From Trichoplax adhaerens (taxonomy: Eukaryota > Animalia > Placozoa), in NCBI RefSeq assembly GCF_000150275.1, contig NW_002060944.1:7764735-7828734 (forward strand): a stretch of 64,000 nucleotides of DNA, in the 5' to 3' direction. The position numbers were made by a program, and so were the translations under genes. Positions 61,701-64,000 of this stretch are shown piece by piece. The notes under the pieces were generated by a model. It worked only from the letters and a program-made list of their open reading frames with translations. It was not told where the DNA came from and searched no databases. The stretch's first letter is position 1. Every line of letters begins with the position of its first letter.

Positions 61701-62503
61701 ATTGCGTTCGCAGGTTGCCATACTAGCCGACCCCCTAAATCAATTCTTACATGATGTTGCTTTCAATTTTGGAATGCATTTTGGTATATCATTTCAGGTG
61801 AATATTTTTGATTCTTAAAATGTGATTTTAGATCATTTCAGATCTACCATTCTAATTTCAACACTGGACTTATTGGTGTACATTAAATTTATTAGTTAAT
61901 AGACGATTTATTAGATTTTATCGCATCTGATGATGTTATGGGCAAGCCAACATCGACAGATCTCCGATTAGGATTAGCGACTGCTCCTGTGCTATATGCA
62001 TGCGATCGGGTACTTTTAACTATTAGTATAATTTAATTATTTTTATGTCGTTGCTATTTCTTGTGCGACTGTTGATATTTGATTTTTGGTCGGTCAATAT
62101 TGAAAAGTTAATTTTGGGGGAAAATTTTTAAATTATAGTTTCCAGAACTAGATGCTATGATTATGAGACGTTTTACTCAAAGCGGTGACGTACAGAGAGC
62201 TCGTGAAATAGTTGATCAGGTATTAATTAATTTATTTTGCATCTATCATAGGTAATACGGTGTCTGCTTTATGTGCATATTGTAATTAGGTAGATGTTAA
62301 CGAAGGATCGCTCTAAATGCCTCGTAATATTAACTGTTTTCATTGAATGTTCTTATGTACAGAGCGATGGTATGGATCAAACTAAACGTCTAGCTTGCTT
62401 CCATCGTGATGAAGCAATCCGATTTATATCTCAATTAGGAGAATCAATGGAAAGAAATGCTTTAATTCAATTGTCCGACGACGTAGTTACCAGACATAAA
62501 TAA
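58710..62503 (+). CDS. PDSS1: Decaprenyl/all-trans-polyprenyl diphosphate synthase subunit 1 (CoQ side chain)
   Basis: GKQIRPM, EMIHTASLIHDDVID..RRGK, AILTGDYILS, LVQGEFMQLGSKE, KTASL, FQLIDDLLDF..MGKPTSTDLRLGLATAPVL; stop at 62501-62503. Exon 1 (58710 to about 58909, Arg/Ala-rich transit-like peptide) is less certain. Confidence 0.93.
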
Positions 62504-63191
62504 AATATTTTATCATCTTTACCAATAAATTATTATGTATGAATGTATGAATTAATGTTTTAGATTGGCTAATGTACATAGATGGCTAATGTTATTATAT
62601 GTGGAGTTGCTAGCCTGGATTGATAATAGACTTAATCAAGGTACCTTGGTACCTTCTTATGCGACGATTAAAAATTTACTTGGAGATCTTTTAATGAATC
62701 GCAGAAACCGAATCATTTGCTAAAAAAATTACCAAGCTTTAAGTTCCTCATTTCAGTTTCTCTCGGTTGTCAGCTTGTATGAATTATTAACGCGTCCGCT
62801 GTTACGATTGTCGTAAATCGATTGTTATAGCATTTTATTTAGTTCAATCTAGCAGTTACCGTATGGCAATAGTAATTAGGTTAAAATACTTTTGATTTTC
62901 ACGGATAAGATACTGCAAAATTTTACTATTATAACTGAACAGAAAAGTCTATCATCAAATAATTCATATAATACACATTGGAATTATAATTTTGCTCAAG
63001 AAACAAATTGGTTGGCTTTAAACAGGTTTCTTGATATTATTGGATTATGTATGCCACACAGCTGAAAAAGTAGCCTGCGATCGGGTAGCAATAACCAGGT
63101 TGACGTGATAATACTAATGTCAATAACATCAACAGAACTGCTGATTGCAGAAAGAATATTATACCCCTAGATAGACGCAGTCATCGACCGT

Positions 63192-64000
63192 CTAGCTGGC
63201 GGCAGCCATGGTCATATGTGATTGATCGTTACCACTGGCAGTAGAATCGGGATTACCGAAGTTAGGTACAATCTTTCCACATATTCGCCAGGGCGAATTA
63301 GGCTTTGCGAGATGTCTCTCAAAAACGACATACTCCGTCGGCTGTTTATAACGATCTTCACTTCCAGTCAATAAACGGTTATATTGATCGTAAACTGCTA
63401 AAATCTATGCGTTTTGTATCGAATAAAATAGAGAATTAATCTTAAATTAGAATAAGATCCAAATTATTTCATTAAATCCGACACACTTGCATGTGTAGTA
63501 CCACGTCTAAATATGGATTGTACATTTAATTCACCAACCTGTTTTAATTGTAACTTAACAGTGATTTGGGCAAACGTATTGGTCTTATCTTCCAAGGGTA
63601 TAACTCTAATGTTAATAATACGTGGTGCAGAAGCAGTTCCTAAGCATTGCCACTTTATCTGTCTGTTCTTGAATGCACTCCTCAATTCCTTGTAAAGACA
63701 AGATGATATTATTGATACAGTCGGAAATGAATAATTTCTTATGGAAGAAATGTTTAATTTCTAAACTTACATGAAATGCTATTTCTGTTGTTAATGTATG
63801 TAATCTGGTTTTATCTTGGCTGGAGTATTAAGTATAAAACAAGTAAATTGATTACGCAACTTTTTTATTATGAGGTGAATAAAATGTGGTTACTTTATTA
63901 AAGTAAATACCTGGCTAAAGCTTCATTTGTGGCAATATATATTTTCTCAGCTTGCAGTTTAAAATCAGAGATATTGAAGGGTTTAGCCTTTCTTTTAATA
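63192..64000 (-). CDS. MRPL45: Mitochondrial ribosomal protein L45 (Tim44-like domain), 3' exons; 5' end lies outside the window
   Basis: FKLQAEKIYIATNEAL, DKTRLHTLTTE, NTFAQITVKLQLKQ-ILAVYDQYNRLLTGSEDRYKQPTEYVVFERHLAKPNSPWRICGKIVP; stop TAG at 63192-63194. Confidence 0.88.

Overview
This is AT-rich eukaryotic (animal) genomic DNA, compact and rich in short introns. Gene density, intron size and protein divergence suggest a placozoan such as Trichoplax (inference; no taxonomic marker is present). Ten protein-coding genes can be reconstructed, in order: 3' end of a BAG-domain co-chaperone (+), an intronless omega-class GST with Asp in place of the catalytic Cys (-), NDUFA4/COXFA4 (-, four small exons missed by the ORF track), RUNDC3 (+), PHF14 (-), BAZ2/toutatis (+), BZW/5MP (-), LMBR1 (-), PDSS1 (+) and the 3' part of MRPL45 (-). 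Non-genic highlights: (1) dense, often palindromic arrays of a TACWGTA/(GTACW)n 5-bp unit just upstream of most gene starts; (2) a decayed bacterial-type alpha/beta-hydrolase gene next to a Tc1/mariner-like MITE; (3) a hAT-like MITE; (4) 138-200 bp tandem duplications in first introns; (5) a 60-bp coding repeat in which each unit carries its own in-frame splice acceptor; (6) a 69-codon poly-Glu tract. Human homologues of most genes lie on the HOX-bearing chromosomes, although no homeobox gene is present. Exon coordinates were read by eye and internal ones are approximate.
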